From Prorocentrum cordatum (Eukaryota): a stretch of DNA of 53,342 nt. The translations under genes and the position numbers were made by a program. Positions within the stretch are counted from its first letter, which is position 1. The number at the start of each line of letters is the position of its first letter. Below the pieces are notes generated by a model. That model saw nothing but the letters and a program-made list of their open reading frames with translations. It ran no database searches and had not been told where the DNA came from. The DNA is taken from NCBI GenBank assembly GCA_963575745.1, contig CAUYUJ010000324.1:62001-115342 (forward strand). The letters run 5' to 3'. Shown piece by piece: positions 1-12,494 of this stretch.

Positions 1-320
1 CATCATCACCACCCTCACCCTCACCATCACCATGACCATCATCATCACCATCGACACCACCATGATCATCAAAACCATGGCCATCATCAACATCGTCATC
101 GCCATCATTACAATCGTTTTCATCAGCACCAGCATCACCATCGACATCAGCATCGTCATGCCACACTATACCACCATAGCAACACCACCACCAACATCAT
201 AATCATCATTATTATTCGTATTATCATTATTCTCACTATCATCATCACAAGCATCAGAATCACCATCATCACCATCATCATCATCACCATCGCCATCGCC
301 ATCACCAACATCATCACTAC

Positions 321-352
<32 letters not shown>

Positions 353-363
353 GCATCATCATG

Positions 364-411
<48 letters not shown>

Positions 412-434
412 GTCATCATCATCATCATCATCCC

Positions 435-503
<69 letters not shown>

Positions 504-514
504 ACTCATCATCA
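1..514. repeat. (CAT)n microsatellite, degenerate at left, near-perfect 320-500
   Basis: Direct reading; gives spurious poly-M/D/I ORFs. Confidence 0.95.
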
Positions 515-2309
515 CTGCTCCCCCAACACCGGAGACACGAGGTGTCACACGTGATGGCCTCCCGTGCCCTCTCGAAGAATCGCCACCCAGAAAGCTGGGC
601 TGGCACGGTGGCGGGACTTCCCACGGGTAGCTGCATCAGTCTATACTCCTACTCTGCCCCACAGCCGGCCGATAGCCACCAAATCGGGGACCCCCCGCCC
701 GAAATGAATTCAAAATCGACTATGTACGTCTCGACATGGACATTCTGTCGCCCATGTTGCAAAACGTGCAGCAAGAACGGGACGGGGCGCACATCCCGCG
801 GGAAAGGCCGAAATGTCGTTCTCGCCCCGGCGCTGTGCTCCTTTTTCGGAAAAAGAAAGCTCCCTCCTTAGGCGCGGCACACATTTTACTTCGTCGACGC
901 GCGAGCGGACTTGTGAGTGAAAGTGGCAGTGCTGTGTCAACGTGGCACGTGCTTCGTTTTCACCGCGGTCATCGGGAGCTCTGCCGCTCCCGCCCCTGAG
1001 CGGCCCGCGTAGTTTCCGCTTCGCCAAGTCGTTGGAAGCGGGAACGCGCGCGAGCGCCCTTCGTTTGCGAGGTGGAACGCAGTCCAAAATCCAAATGTCA
1101 AGGTGTGCCGCAACTTGTTCGTATGTTGTGGGGGGGAGAATGGGAATAGGCAGGGCTCTTTCACTCGCTCGACCTGGCTAACCAAATTATTTGTGTTTTC
1201 CTCCTCCTCCCCCTCCTCCTCCTCCTCCCCCTCCTCCTCCTCCTCCCTGTTCTTTCCTTTCTTCTCCTCCTCCTCCTTCCCTTCCCATCTTTCCATCCCT
1301 ATTCATTCCTGCATCCCAGGAATCAGCGGATCGAGGACGGCGGAGCAGGACGAGTAAGACGGAGGAGTGGCGGAGGAACAGCAGGAGAAGAGGTGAAGAA
1401 ACAGCAGCAGCAGGAGGAGCGGCGGGGAGGAGAAGGAGCGGCGAGAAGGAGGGAACGTATGACGGCACGGAGAAGAAAGAGAGCAAGGGGGGGCGCGCCA
1501 CGGGCATAGGGCCGCGCGACCCAGCAGACCCTCTCCCAGACAGCGACCGAACTTAAGAATATCTACGTGGTCGCCCGCGGGCCATCGGCCGTCGGCGATA
1601 TTCAGCGGTATGTGTGTGGCAGTTTTCGGCAGGCTCTGGCGGTCTTCTGCCTTGGCGTGGGGGTGCCCCCCTGCACCCCCTGCCAGTCTGGCTGAGTGGT
1701 TGTGCTTGGCAAGGGGTCCATCGTGATCGAACACCGACGTATCTTACACGCGGGCGATGGCAAGGAAGAGGAGACGGATGGTCAACTGGTGATTGATCTG
1801 GAAAAATTGCTGTGGTGTGGCCTGGGTTGGTCTTTAGTACTCACTCCGGCTTCAACTTTGGCATAAGATGCATTTGCAAGATTTGTTGAATATGTTTATG
1901 ACTCGATGTGAATATTGGCTGGTCTTTGACGAAACACTCCAACAAGACACCACGATGAGACGCCACGGCGGGACGCGACAACGGAACACCATGACGGGAC
2001 GCCCATCCCGCCTCGCCAGCAATTGATAAGAACAGGAATAGCAACACAACTCTGTCTTCCAGAATTGCAGACACGGACTCTCCCGCACAGTTCCGCCACA
2101 CGTAACACTCAACACGAAGCACAGCATTACGATGTCACGGCGGCGGTGGCCTCGCAAATGTAAGTGTCTAACAAGTCCGCCACCGCGCCTGTCTGGCTGG
2201 GATTATGTAAGGTATCTCGAACTGCCCACCCCCTCCTCCTCACGCAGTGCCACACTCATCCCCCCCTCCTGCGGTCTTCTGGTGGGCTGACGCGTCCCCA
2301 GGGCCAGGG

Positions 2310-2750
2310 CTCTCCAAGGCTAAGGCTGTCAAGACGGCCCAGGAAGGCCACCAAGGCCGCCAAGATGGCCCAGAATTGTCTCAAGAGGGACCCAACAGCC
2401 CCAAAGAAGACCCCAACAGGTACCAAAGGGCTCCCACGAGGCTTTCAGGACACAAAAAAGAATACCAAGAAGCTCTCCAGCAACTCAAACAGCTTAATTG
2501 TGAATGTTATGCGTTTCCTGGGCTTCTCGGCTCAAGGTGGGAGAAGCCAAAGAGAAGCCAAACAAGCCCACCAAAGGGCCCCCCGAAGCCCTCCGATGGC
2601 CCCGGACAGTACTGAGAGGGCCCCAAGCCGGCCCAAGACAGGCTCAAGATAGCTCAAGAATCCCCAAGAAGCCAAGAGGGTCCGTGGAGGCCCCCAAGAC
2701 AGCCCCACGAGACTCCCCAGACAGCCGAGATGGGCACGGACGGTCCCAGG
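2310..2750 (+). repeat. Degenerate interspersed/tandem repeat rich in (C)CCAAGA / GGCCC motifs
   Basis: Many ccaag(a) words (gccaagatggccc, ccccaaagaaga, gcccaagaca, ccccaagaagccaaga, ccccaagaca); no protein-like ORF. Confidence 0.5.
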
Positions 2751-3974
2751 ACAAAACCTCCCCCCACCCCGTAGGGCAGAGGCACCAGGCGGAGGGACCG
2801 GGGGAGGAGGGCGGGAGGGGGCACGGGCTCATCAGGAGAGAGATCCAAGGGCTCCCAACTTCGCGCTTCGCGCTTCGCGCTGCGCGAAGCGCGAAGTGCC
2901 AATAACTTCGCGCTCTCGCGCCGCCTCCCAGGGGAGAAGAGGAGGATGAGGAGGAATCGGAGCCGAACCGCGAAACGCGAAGCGCGAATAACTTCGCGTT
3001 TTTGAGGGCGCCCTTGGAGATCGGAGGGGCCAGATGGGGGCAAGGGAAGGCCGTGAGTTGGCGGGCGGTGAGCGTCATGCAACGAGCTTCTCCGCCATCG
3101 GGGACACCTGCCCCAGGGCGGCTGGAAAGTCCATGGCCTGACGTGCCACCGTAGGGCCTATAAGCTTTCGGGCCGCCCTGGGACAGGCGTCCCCGATGGC
3201 GGAAGAGCTTATGCCATACCGTTCTTCGCCCGCTAGGTGAGAGGCCGACGGGCGAGGCGGGCGAGGGCGCCGCCGCGTTTCCAGCGCGGCCGCGCGGCGC
3301 GCTCACCGCAGCCGCCGCGGGCGGGGGCCTCCGCAGGCGCGGGCCGCCGCAGGCGCGGCCATGCGGCGCGCTCACAAGAACGCCCCAAGCGCACCGCGGC
3401 AACCGCCGGCGGGAGCCGCACCGCGGCCGCACCGGCCAGGGGCAGCGGGCGCCGGGGCCAGGCCGGGCGGGGCCAGCAACACCGTGGCGAGGGGCACGGC
3501 CGCGCTCGCGGGGCCGCCGGAGTCCGCGCGGCGACCCGCTGCTCCCCTCCTTCCGCCCTTCAGCCCGCGGGTCCTCTCCTGCCCTCCGCCCTCCGCGCCG
3601 CTTCCTGCGCCCTCCCCTGCGACTCACCCCCTTCCACCTCCCCTCCTTCTCTGCTCTGCCTCGCTCCCCGGCGCTTCCCTCCGCGCCGCTTCCCTCCCCT
3701 CCCGTCGCCGTCGCCTTCCCTCCCCGTCCAACCCTCGCTCCCTTCTCTCTGACCCATCTGCCCGTCGTACCACCTCCCAAGCGGGGAGGAGGGCGGGAAG
3801 GAAGAGGAGCACCTCGCCTCGCAAACTCCCCGGCCCCGGTCTCGCCGGTGGGCGAGGCCGCAACAGACCGTACTTGGTCATGGCCACCACCGCCCGCTGC
3901 ACTGCGGCTTGCGACTGCAGGAAATCCTCTGAGAGCTGAATGTGCCAGGGTCCTCCTCCTCCTTCTCCTTCTCC

Positions 3975-4026
3975 TCATGATCATGATCATGATGATGATC
4001 ATCATCATGATCAGCATCATCATCAT

Positions 4027-4061
<35 letters not shown>

Positions 4062-4062
4062 G

Positions 4063-4101
<39 letters not shown>

Positions 4102-4566
4102 AGCCACCATCATTGTCATCGTCATCATCAGCAGCAACGTCATTACCATGATCCAGATCCCGGTCCTGATCCTGATCCTCCTCCTCCTCCTCTTCCTGAT
4201 CCTCATCATAATATGCATGTTCACACACATCAACATCACTATCACCATTACCGTCACCAGCATCACCGATTTGATCCTCGACGCCTCGTCACAATCATCA
4301 TAGGTTTGAACTTACGCTCTGTATCAGTATTATCACTGTTCATCCTCATCATCCTCATGATCCTCACCATCACCAACCTCGTCCTCATCCGCTTCCTCTT
4401 CCTCCTCCTCCACCTCCTCCTCATTCATCACCATCATCGTCATCGTCATCATCACTAGCATCGTTGTCGTCGTCGTCATTATAATCATCATCAACAGCAA
4501 ACACACCATCACCATTATCATGTTTCTCATCATCCTCACTATCACCAGCAGCATACCCATCATTGA

Positions 4567-4598
<32 letters not shown>

Positions 4599-4790
4599 AC
4601 ATCAGCATCAGCATCAGCAGCAGCAGCAGCCGCATCAGCATCCGCATCCGCATCAGCATCCGCATCATCATGAACAGCAGCAACATCAGCATCCTCATCT
4701 TCATCATCACCACCACCACCATCATCATCACAACCACCATCATCATAAACATCATCACCATCATCGTCGTCGTCATCGTCATCATTGTCC
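3975..4790. repeat. Degenerate (CAT)n microsatellite tract
   Basis: Direct reading. Confidence 0.9.
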
Positions 4791-6439
4791 TCCTTAATAC
4801 CCCAGGAACCCGGCCGTGGGTCAGAACGACCAAGCAAATCAAAAGGATCAAAACCTGCCATGCCGCTTCCAAAGCAGTGGTCGGCCCCCCTGGATAAGTG
4901 AGCCTCGGGTCCTCGTGAGCAGCTTCCGAATAGAGCCTGACATTCGGGGCTTCAGCCGACTCCAGGGCACGGCGGGAATTCCTCTCGGCCCGGGCCAGGG
5001 CCGACGCGGCGTCTTCCAGGAGATCGCTGGCGTCGATGCCGAACGCTGCAGAGTGGAACCAGCCAGACTCCACCACTGGAGCGTCGCGGAAGTCATCTGG
5101 CGCCGAGCCGCTTGCCAGAGCCGCTCGCATGGCTGGCCCGAGGTGGTGCCGACAGGGGAGAAGAACTAGGAGGAGGGAAAGAGGGGGGGGCGCCCACAGC
5201 GTCTGCGCTTGAGCCGAACTAGTTACGGATGCAAGGGGGCCCGGAGGAGCCTCATTCCCGTCTAAAGCTCGGAGCCCCGTCCCTGGCCGTTATCCTCCTC
5301 CTGCGGCTCCATTGGGCTGCACCGCCCAAGTCCCGAACCCGAACACCTGCCACGGGTTGCACAAATGTAACTCGAGGGAGCTGTCAAGGGGCTGGCATGG
5401 CGGGGGAAAAGGATCTAGTCGGAACGGGTGTGGAGAGGAGGAAAGGCGATGTGGAAAGGAGGGGGATGGGCAGGAAGGAAAGGAGAGGTGGAGACGGGAG
5501 AGGAGGCAATATCATCAGCGATGCGAGGAGAGCGGGGTCGAGAGAGGGAGGGGATGGCGAGGGGAAGAGGGAGTAAAAAGGAGGGAAGAGGGGAGATGGG
5601 GGGTTCTCCCCCTCGGGAATGGCCCGGATGTTCCCCTCGACTGTTGGCGAACACGTTCTCCATTGCCACGGCATGTGTCAAGATGAGACGCTGAGCAAAG
5701 ACGAGGCCTACACATAATAATGGTGACAGCATTGAGGTCGTCAGGGCGGACCGTGCACTTCGCCTAACAATTCATCTAATATGCTCCTGGATATTGACTC
5801 GTACACCGTTTACACGGACATAATTAATACGGATGGTTTTCAAAATGAAGCTCTTGCCCGAACGCCACACACATTCGACTTACAACAGAAAACAATTGTT
5901 TCACCGATGGAACACGAATGGTTTTCCAAATGGGGCTCCCTGATTAACGCTGCACACATTCGTCTTGAACGTTTTCAATCGTCACGCGGGTAGAGGCCGG
6001 TTCCATTTCACCATGGAACCCTCGCCTCAGCGCCGTGCGCACTCGTCTTAAACATGTCGATAGCCACATGGATGGAGGGCACTTCTGCTTCGTCTCACAC
6101 GTGTCCAACGGTCGCATGATTCGAAAGGTTGATATGCCACGCGTTAAAACAAGTGTATATATTCGTACGACCAGGTCCAAAGCTTCAATAATGGAGTTCT
6201 GGACCGACTTGACGTTGTCAGTTGCCGATCCTGGCTTCTGCACCTGTCTAGGACTATTAGAGGATGCCTTCTAATGGAGCTCTTCGTGCAATGCAAATGA
6301 ATTATGTGGGGGGCTAGGAGGCGGGAGTCCAGGATCGTGCATTGTATTTCAAATCGATAGTACATCTTTGGTTTTCGCTCATTTCCCCTCCTCCTCCTTC
6401 ATCTGTTCCTCGGTCTTTCTCTCCACACCACCACACTCA

Positions 6440-6605
6440 CCCATTACCGTCATCACCGCCATCGTCATAACCATCCTCATCACACAGATTGTTGCCCACA
6501 TCCTCCTCAATATCGTCATAATAATCATCACACTCGGAATCGTCAAGCTCATCGTCACCATCACCATCATCCGCATCATTGTCATCGCAATCGCCACAAC
6601 CGTCT

Positions 6606-6695
<90 letters not shown>

Positions 6696-6780
6696 CCAAC
6701 ATCGTCGTTAACAACATCACCGCCATCATAATCACCATCATCATCATCAGCATCATCGTCATCACCACAGCCATTATCAT
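6440..6780. repeat. Degenerate (CAT)n tract; left flank and insertion target of the YR retrotransposon
   Basis: Direct reading; CAT-rich sequence resumes at 38404-38465 on the other side of the element. Confidence 0.9.
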
Positions 6781-6934
6781 ACTGTAGATCTAGGGCGGGG
6801 AACTGCGCCAGCAGTAAGAATTGTTTTACTGTCGCCATACAATCGTGAACATAACAAAGTATTCGCGGGATCTGTATGTATATATATATATACATAGGAC
6901 AGCAACTGCTAAGTGCAAGCGCACTTTAAAGTCC
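6781..6934 (-). repeat. Split direct repeat B2 (3' terminus of YR element)
   Basis: Matches 7192-7344: gggcggggaactgcgccagcagtaaga...cgtgaacataacaaagt...tttaaagtcc. Confidence 0.9.
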
Positions 6935-7000
6935 TAGAAATGTTCGAACATTCGAATCAATGTGACAGTGATTTCTAAAAAGGCCTTGAGCTGGCGGCGG

Positions 7001-7191
7001 GAGCCAAAAACAGCAGCGACCGAGTGCTGACTGGCAAGACCAACCATTCCCAGACAATGCAAGGACGACGCAGCGAAGACTCCCAGGGAGCGAACCGCGA
7101 TTATCAAGGCGCTCACGCACCGAAGGAAGAGGGGTCCACCTGAGCAACGACAAAAACGCTCCTAGCATCATTCATGCGCCCGCACTCCCAT
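7001..7191 (-). repeat. Split direct repeat A2
   Basis: 191-bp ungapped match to 38216-38406; I count 14 mismatches (~93%). Confidence 0.93.
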
Positions 7192-7344
7192 GCTGATTTA
7201 GAACTGGGGCGGGGAACTGCGCCAGCAGTAAGACTTGTTTTGCTGTGGCTATAATCTCGTGAACATAACAAAGTCTGCGCCAGAGCTGTATATATATATA
7301 TATATATGACAGCAGTTGTTAAGTGCAAACACAATTTAAAGTCC
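7192..7344 (-). repeat. Split direct repeat B1
   Basis: Matches 6781-6934 and abuts A2 directly. Confidence 0.9.
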
Positions 7345-7371
7345 CTCCACATCCCCACAACGGGTGTTCAC

Positions 7372-8105
7372 TCAAACTTTGACAACCTCACACACGGCCC
7401 GAAACGCGGAAGTTTTTGCCAAGGCCCTGTTCAAGGCCTGTAGGTAAGTCTGGGCTATGGCGGTCCATCTCGCCCCCTCTGGATGGGCCCTCTCGAGCTG
7501 AAGGCGGGGCTTGCTGGTCCGACTGCAAATGCTGGCACGCCCGTCGCAAATCTTGGACAATCTTGTGAGCTCGTCGGGGTGGCGATGGCCGATAAAAAAA
7601 ACGTGTTCGCTTCCGCCACCAGGTGCCGAACTGGCAGAAATCGGAGCCAATGGTTGAAACGAAACGACTCTGAGCGAGTTCTAATAACTCAGGGTTTGAA
7701 ACATGTAGCTACTGTGCGGGTTCTCAAGTATCCAGGGGGGACCCGAACGATTGCAAGCTGCGATTATCTTTAGCACCGCGCGCATACACTTACCTATAGC
7801 GAGCTTAGTCCAATCCTTTTCCGACATTGCAAAGCGAGAGAAGCCCCGAGGGCGGGCTTGGCTCCTGATCGGGGCTGAACGAATCTTGGCAATCGAGAAG
7901 GACGCGCAGGGCGGCGCCATCATGACGCCTCGACATCTCCCTGACTGGATGTCCGATAGGAGGCGGCGCAGCACATTTCTGCGCGTTAGGTTTCCATGCT
8001 CGCCGTGGAACTTCTCCCGCGTTCCCGCCTGGAAGCCGCGCCTCCCGGCGGCGCGGGCGGCGCCTCCCTCGCCGGCGAAGGCGTCTGACAAGTGGGCGCC
8101 CCTCG
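7372..8105 (-). pseudogene. C5 cytosine DNA methyltransferase of the YR retrotransposon (stop and frameshift)
   Basis: Motif I DAFAGEGG, IV MAPPCASFS, VI ILENP, VIII DFCQFGTWWRKRT (after the in-frame stop at 7681), X-like AIAQTYLQAL in ORF 7372-7650. Confidence 0.82.
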
Positions 8106-8159
8106 CGCGCGGGCGCTCGCGAGCGGCAGCGGGGCGACCAGCCCGCGCGCGATGATCGC

Positions 8160-9158
8160 CTCGGCGCGTCGCTCGCGCTCGGCGGCGCATCTCTGGACCT
8201 CGATCGGGCGCTCGCGGTAGCCGCTGGCGAGACGCGCGTGCCGCTCGTACCGCAGGGCGCCCTTGTCCGCTCGCCACTGCCCTCTCTTCTTTATATCGGC
8301 CAGCGCCCCCAGGTGCCTGGCCGCGTCGATGGGCGGGCCGGGGCGGCGAGATGTCCCGCGCCGCGCGCCAAAAAGGACCTCGGCAGGTCGCCGTAGTCGA
8401 ACGTCCAACGCGGGCCGTCCCCAGCCGCCTCCTTCAGCTCCCCCATCGCGGGGCCGATCCACTTCGCCCAGCTCGAGCCCAGGAGGATGGGCACATTCGC
8501 ATCGCCGATCTTGCTCCTGCCCGCCAGCTCCTCGGGATGAACCAGCAGCGACCAGCGAGCCGCCGCCCCGTGAATCGGAGGCGTCAGCCCCGAGCCGCGA
8601 ACGCTGAGCAGCTGCCCAGGCCTCGGGTGGGTGCTCATCATGATCAGCGCGAACAGGGCCACGTCGCGGCGCCCCGCAGTCACCAGGGCGCTCATCAGCC
8701 CGAACCGCCCCAGGCGCCTCGGGCTTCCGCGAGCGGCCGGGGCACAACTTGCACCAGCCGCGAAGCGCTCGCCAGGCTCGTGGGAGTCGCTGCGAGCCCA
8801 GGCGGTTGAAGCTCCGGTGGAGGCGCAGCCAGCAGCCGGACAGCGTCTTGGCCCCATCGCGAAGCCATTACGCCGGCGAAGAAAGTCTTCTCGAAGTACT
8901 CGGCGAAAAGGCCGTCCAGCTCATGAGCGCCCCCGACGCGGTCGACGCTCTTCCCCCTCGACTCGACGCGCTGCTTGAACCGGTTCACCTCCAACCGGCA
9001 CTCCGTGCGCGCGGGTCTCGTCACCGCCCGCCGGCCCAGAAGCGCCCGCTGACGCTTGGCGCCGACGACCCCGCTGATGGACGCGGTTCCAGTGCTCGAC
9101 GAGGGCGATCGCGTCCGCCGGCGACGATCGGGCTGCCCGGCGAAGTCGTCGCTCGCTA
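8160..9158 (-). pseudogene. Tyrosine recombinase, frameshifted; N-terminal part continues at 35172-~35400 beyond the insertion
   Basis: ELDGLFAEYFEKTFFAG, STHPRPGQLL (catalytic R region), RSKIG, IKKRGQW and LRYERH (RGxW and catalytic Y) spread over ORFs 8695-9210, 8291-8857 and 7986-8747. Confidence 0.82.
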
Positions 9159-9206
9159 CCCAGAGGGTCTTGACACTCCGGAAATGCTTCAGCCTTAAGC
9201 ATTGGG
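9159..9206 (+). repeat. Left terminal inverted repeat
   Basis: cccagagggtcttgacactccggaaatgcttcagccttaagcattggg. Confidence 0.93.
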
Positions 9207-9274
9207 TCAACCCTTAAGCATTTTATCCGGGAGACTACAAAAACCACGCCGGGATAGTCCCCAAATGCTTAAGA

Positions 9275-9895
9275 AAACGCATCCCGCGCGCGCTATGTTT
9301 TGATTTATTTCCACGCGCGAGCGTTATTTTTTCAATGCGCGCGCGCGTTTCTTTGCAATTTTCGCGGGCGCGGCGCGGCTTTGCGACGCGCGCGCGCCTT
9401 TGTTTTGCAATCTTCACGCGCGCGCGCTTTTTTGTTAGTCCGCGCGCCCAAGTCGCAATGCATGTTTAATGCTCAGCGCGAGTTTTCACGCGACCAGGGG
9501 ATAAACCAGCGCGCGCATCGCTGCGTTTCAACGCAAACGTGTTGTTTTTTTTTGTCCGCGCGCTGTATTCGCGCAAATTTTCGCGCGCAATCTGATATTC
9601 CAATGCGCGCGCGCTGTTGGTGTTTCTGTTTGCGTGCGCGCATCGCGGCTTCGCAACGCAAGCGCGTTTGTTCTTGCCCGCGCGTCGCATTCGCGCGAAT
9701 TTCTGGCGCGCGCAATTGGATATTCCTCAAATGCGGTCGCGTTGTTCGCATTTCATTTTTCACGCGCGCGCGGCTTCGCAGCGCAAAAGCGCCGTGGTTG
9801 CGGCTCGCGCGCCGTATTCTCGCGACGTTTCGAGCGCGCAACTGGACATTTCACTGCGCGCGCCGTTCGCGTTCAGATTTTCGCATGGGCAAGAA
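9275..9895. repeat. Left subterminal region of GCGCGC runs alternating with T-tracts
   Basis: Dozens of cgcgcg/gcgcgc runs separated by ttt-rich linkers; no credible ORF. Confidence 0.7.
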
Positions 9896-11084
9896 GCGGC
9901 TTACGCTAACTTACGCTATCCAACGCCTGTTTGGCGCCACCCGCCCGGAGGTCAAACGTTAAGTCTGGGCGGTCCAAACGCATTCGGAGAGCGCCGCGGC
10001 TGGATTCGATGTGAGATTCTGGTCAGAACACGCCTCGTGGGCTTTTGCCCTGGGTTTTCAATTTTCTGGAACGAGCGGAGCTCGGCGGCGTTTGCTTCCT
10101 CCCGAGAGGGCAGCCCAAGGTATAATATTACATTTTGTTGTGTCAGAGCGACGGTGCCAGGGTTGTTTTTGTTGCGCGTGTGCAAACAGCCCCACCGATG
10201 CCCATGCACTCGCGAGCGCAGGCGTTGACGCAACCGAAGTTTTCTCAAGGGGCGGGGGGGGCTCATTTCTGAGGGCGGGGAACCTCGAGGATTTGTCAAG
10301 TTTCTCGGGGTGGAGGCTTCCCGTTTCTGGGGGGGTGGCCTCGCGAGAAGTCGGCGGCGGCTTTGACGCGAACAGTGGACAGCTAAAAGTCGGCGAAGCA
10401 TCGCTGCTGCCGCGCGCGCGCCTTGGGATTGAAAATTCACAACTGACGGTTTTAATTTTTTCAGCTCCGCATTTTCTTTTTTGGGCGTTCTGGGTCTCCA
10501 TTTATTTTGGGCGGTGGCCTCTCGTTTCTGGGGGCGGGGTTCTCGCTGTGTTTTTTTTTTCCCCGACGACATGCGCGCGGAAATTGCAGCTGCGGCTGCT
10601 GCGCGGCGCAGTTGCAGGACGCACAGCTACCTGCGGTTGCAGCTGTCTGTTGGAGACTCTGGCTTTTCATGCCTGAGTTCCCAATCCTCGTGCGTCGGCG
10701 GTGGACACACCTCACTGTAGTAAACCTCTCCTTAGTGCAAACGGCCTGGGACCGAAACCGACGGACCTGGACCCGCAAAAATGACGGCCTCGACGCCCTC
10801 TCGCAAACCGAAAACGGCCAATTCCTCAATCGACGTGTCAGGGTAGGAGGTCTATCCACTCCCGAGTGCAAGGGGAAAACGCGAGTCGCACGTATAGCTG
10901 CAGCAAGCTATGCGCGACCGCGACCGGATAATATATGGGAGAGGGGAGGCTCGGAGCAAGGCGGTTTGAGACATTGGGAGTTCGAAGTCAGCTCAAAATC
11001 TGTCCCCGGGCCCTTTCCAGGCTCCAAACGCACCAGTTTGTCGCGCTGCTTTCGGCCGTAACGACGAGGGGCCCCTCCGCAGGC

Positions 11085-11340
11085 CAATTGTAGAGGCCTC
11101 CTAGATGGGGTCGGAGTAGATGGGGTCGAAGTATCGCGCCGCATCGCCAATGCATCGCCGATGTATCGGCGATGCATCGGCGATGCACTGGCGATGCACC
11201 TGCGATGTCGGCGATGCTTTGGCGCCATTGACGCGGCGAAAGTCGGGCTCCGAATCGAGCGGCATCGCCGACGCATCGGCGATGCGGCGCGATTCTTCGA
11301 CCACAGCTGCTCCGACCCCATCTGGGAGGCCTAGAAATTG
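11085..11340. repeat. Foldback/MITE-like unit: ~31-bp inverted repeats enclosing 11-bp GCATCG(C/G)CGAT tandem repeats
   Basis: caattgtagaggcctcctagatggggtcggag (11085-11116) vs reverse complement of ctccgaccccatctgggaggcctagaaattg (11310-11340). Confidence 0.7.
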
Positions 11341-11454
11341 TCAGTGTCTCCCTCCGCCGAGAGGCGGAATGCGAGTCGGCGGCTGTCCGTGTCGGCGGCC
11401 GCGTCGGCCAGCCGCGTCGGCGCGCATTCGGAGCGCCCGCTTCGGGGCTCTCCT

Positions 11455-11734
11455 CGGACTCGTTGGACTCGAGGGCCCCGGTGCGCAGGAGCGGGGGGCG
11501 GGGGCTCGAGGAGGAGCGGAAGCCGAGGTTTTCCATGGCAGTAGGCTCGGCCCTCGAGCTCAAACAAAAACACGCGCACAAACGCTCGCAGGTCCGGACT
11601 CGTCGGACTCGAGGGCCCGAATGCGCAGGGGCGGGAAGCGGAGGCTCGAAGAGGAGCGGAAGCAGAGGTTTTCCATGGCAGTAGGCTCGGCCCTCGAGCT
11701 CAGACAACAACACGCGCACAAACGCTTGCAGGTC
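11455..11734. repeat. 140-bp tandem duplication (2 copies)
   Basis: 11455-11594 and 11595-11734 both run cggactcgt.ggactcgagggccc ... cacgcgcacaaacgct.gcaggtc. Confidence 0.9.
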
Positions 11735-12494
11735 CGAGCAGGCTGGCCCGATCTTCCCTGGCCGATATCGCACGTTCGGCTCAGCCGACGTCTCGGTCGG
11801 CGGGAAGTCGCCGTCTATCTCGGCGAAGATCCGCTCCACCAACGAGGAGGTCGAGGGGGGGGCGAGCGAGGGGAGGAAGGGGCGAGGAGGGATGACGAGG
11901 ATGAGGAGGAGGAAGAGGCGAAGGCCTCCTCGACCAAGTCAGCAGTAGCCTGGGCGAAATCGCGCACCGCCCGCTCGATCTCTCGCACCGCCTCCTCGAA
12001 GGAAAACGTGTTTTAGGTCCGTTTACTCCTCTTCCTCTTTTCCCTCCCCTTCCGCTCCAACTTACGGCATCTCACGGTATCTCACGGCCTCGCCCTCGGG
12101 GGGTCCTCATCTTTTGGATCGCGCTCCTGGGACAGGACCTTCCCCTGGCCCCTGGAACTCGACATCGCCGCGACATTCTGAGTCTGCACGGCGCCAGTGG
12201 GAAGACCAGAAGGCACCGATACCGCTGACCCTCTGACCTCTCCAGGGGTGCGTTCTGACAAGAATTTCGAGGCGAATCCAGCCGAGGCAACGAGGAATCT
12301 CCAGGAGGCCCGAGAAGGACAAAAGGGCGCCGTGGTAGCGGCATCGGCACCCTTTCCTCGTAATCCACGTCGGTCATCGAGAGCGAGTCATATATGACGG
12401 TCACGACGTTTTGCGCATCATCAGGGAGACTCTGCTGACTCATCGGCCCAGGGCTTCTGCTTCGCCCGCGGTCCATATGGGCCGAGTCCCCCAC
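11600..12494 (-). CDS. Possible degenerate multi-exon hypothetical cargo gene
   Basis: Protein-like segments MDRGRSRSP...DVDYEER, FSFEEAVREIERAVRDFAQATADLVEE and VERIFAEIDGDFPP separated by pyrimidine-rich intron-like tracts; no family recognised. Confidence 0.3.

Noticed and set aside
5640..6365. Lower-GC unique stretch that could be a decayed coding exon
   Set aside because: Stops in all frames and no recognisable motif.
156..6895. Poly-Met/Asp/His/Ile ORFs
   Set aside because: Translations of (CAT)n microsatellites.
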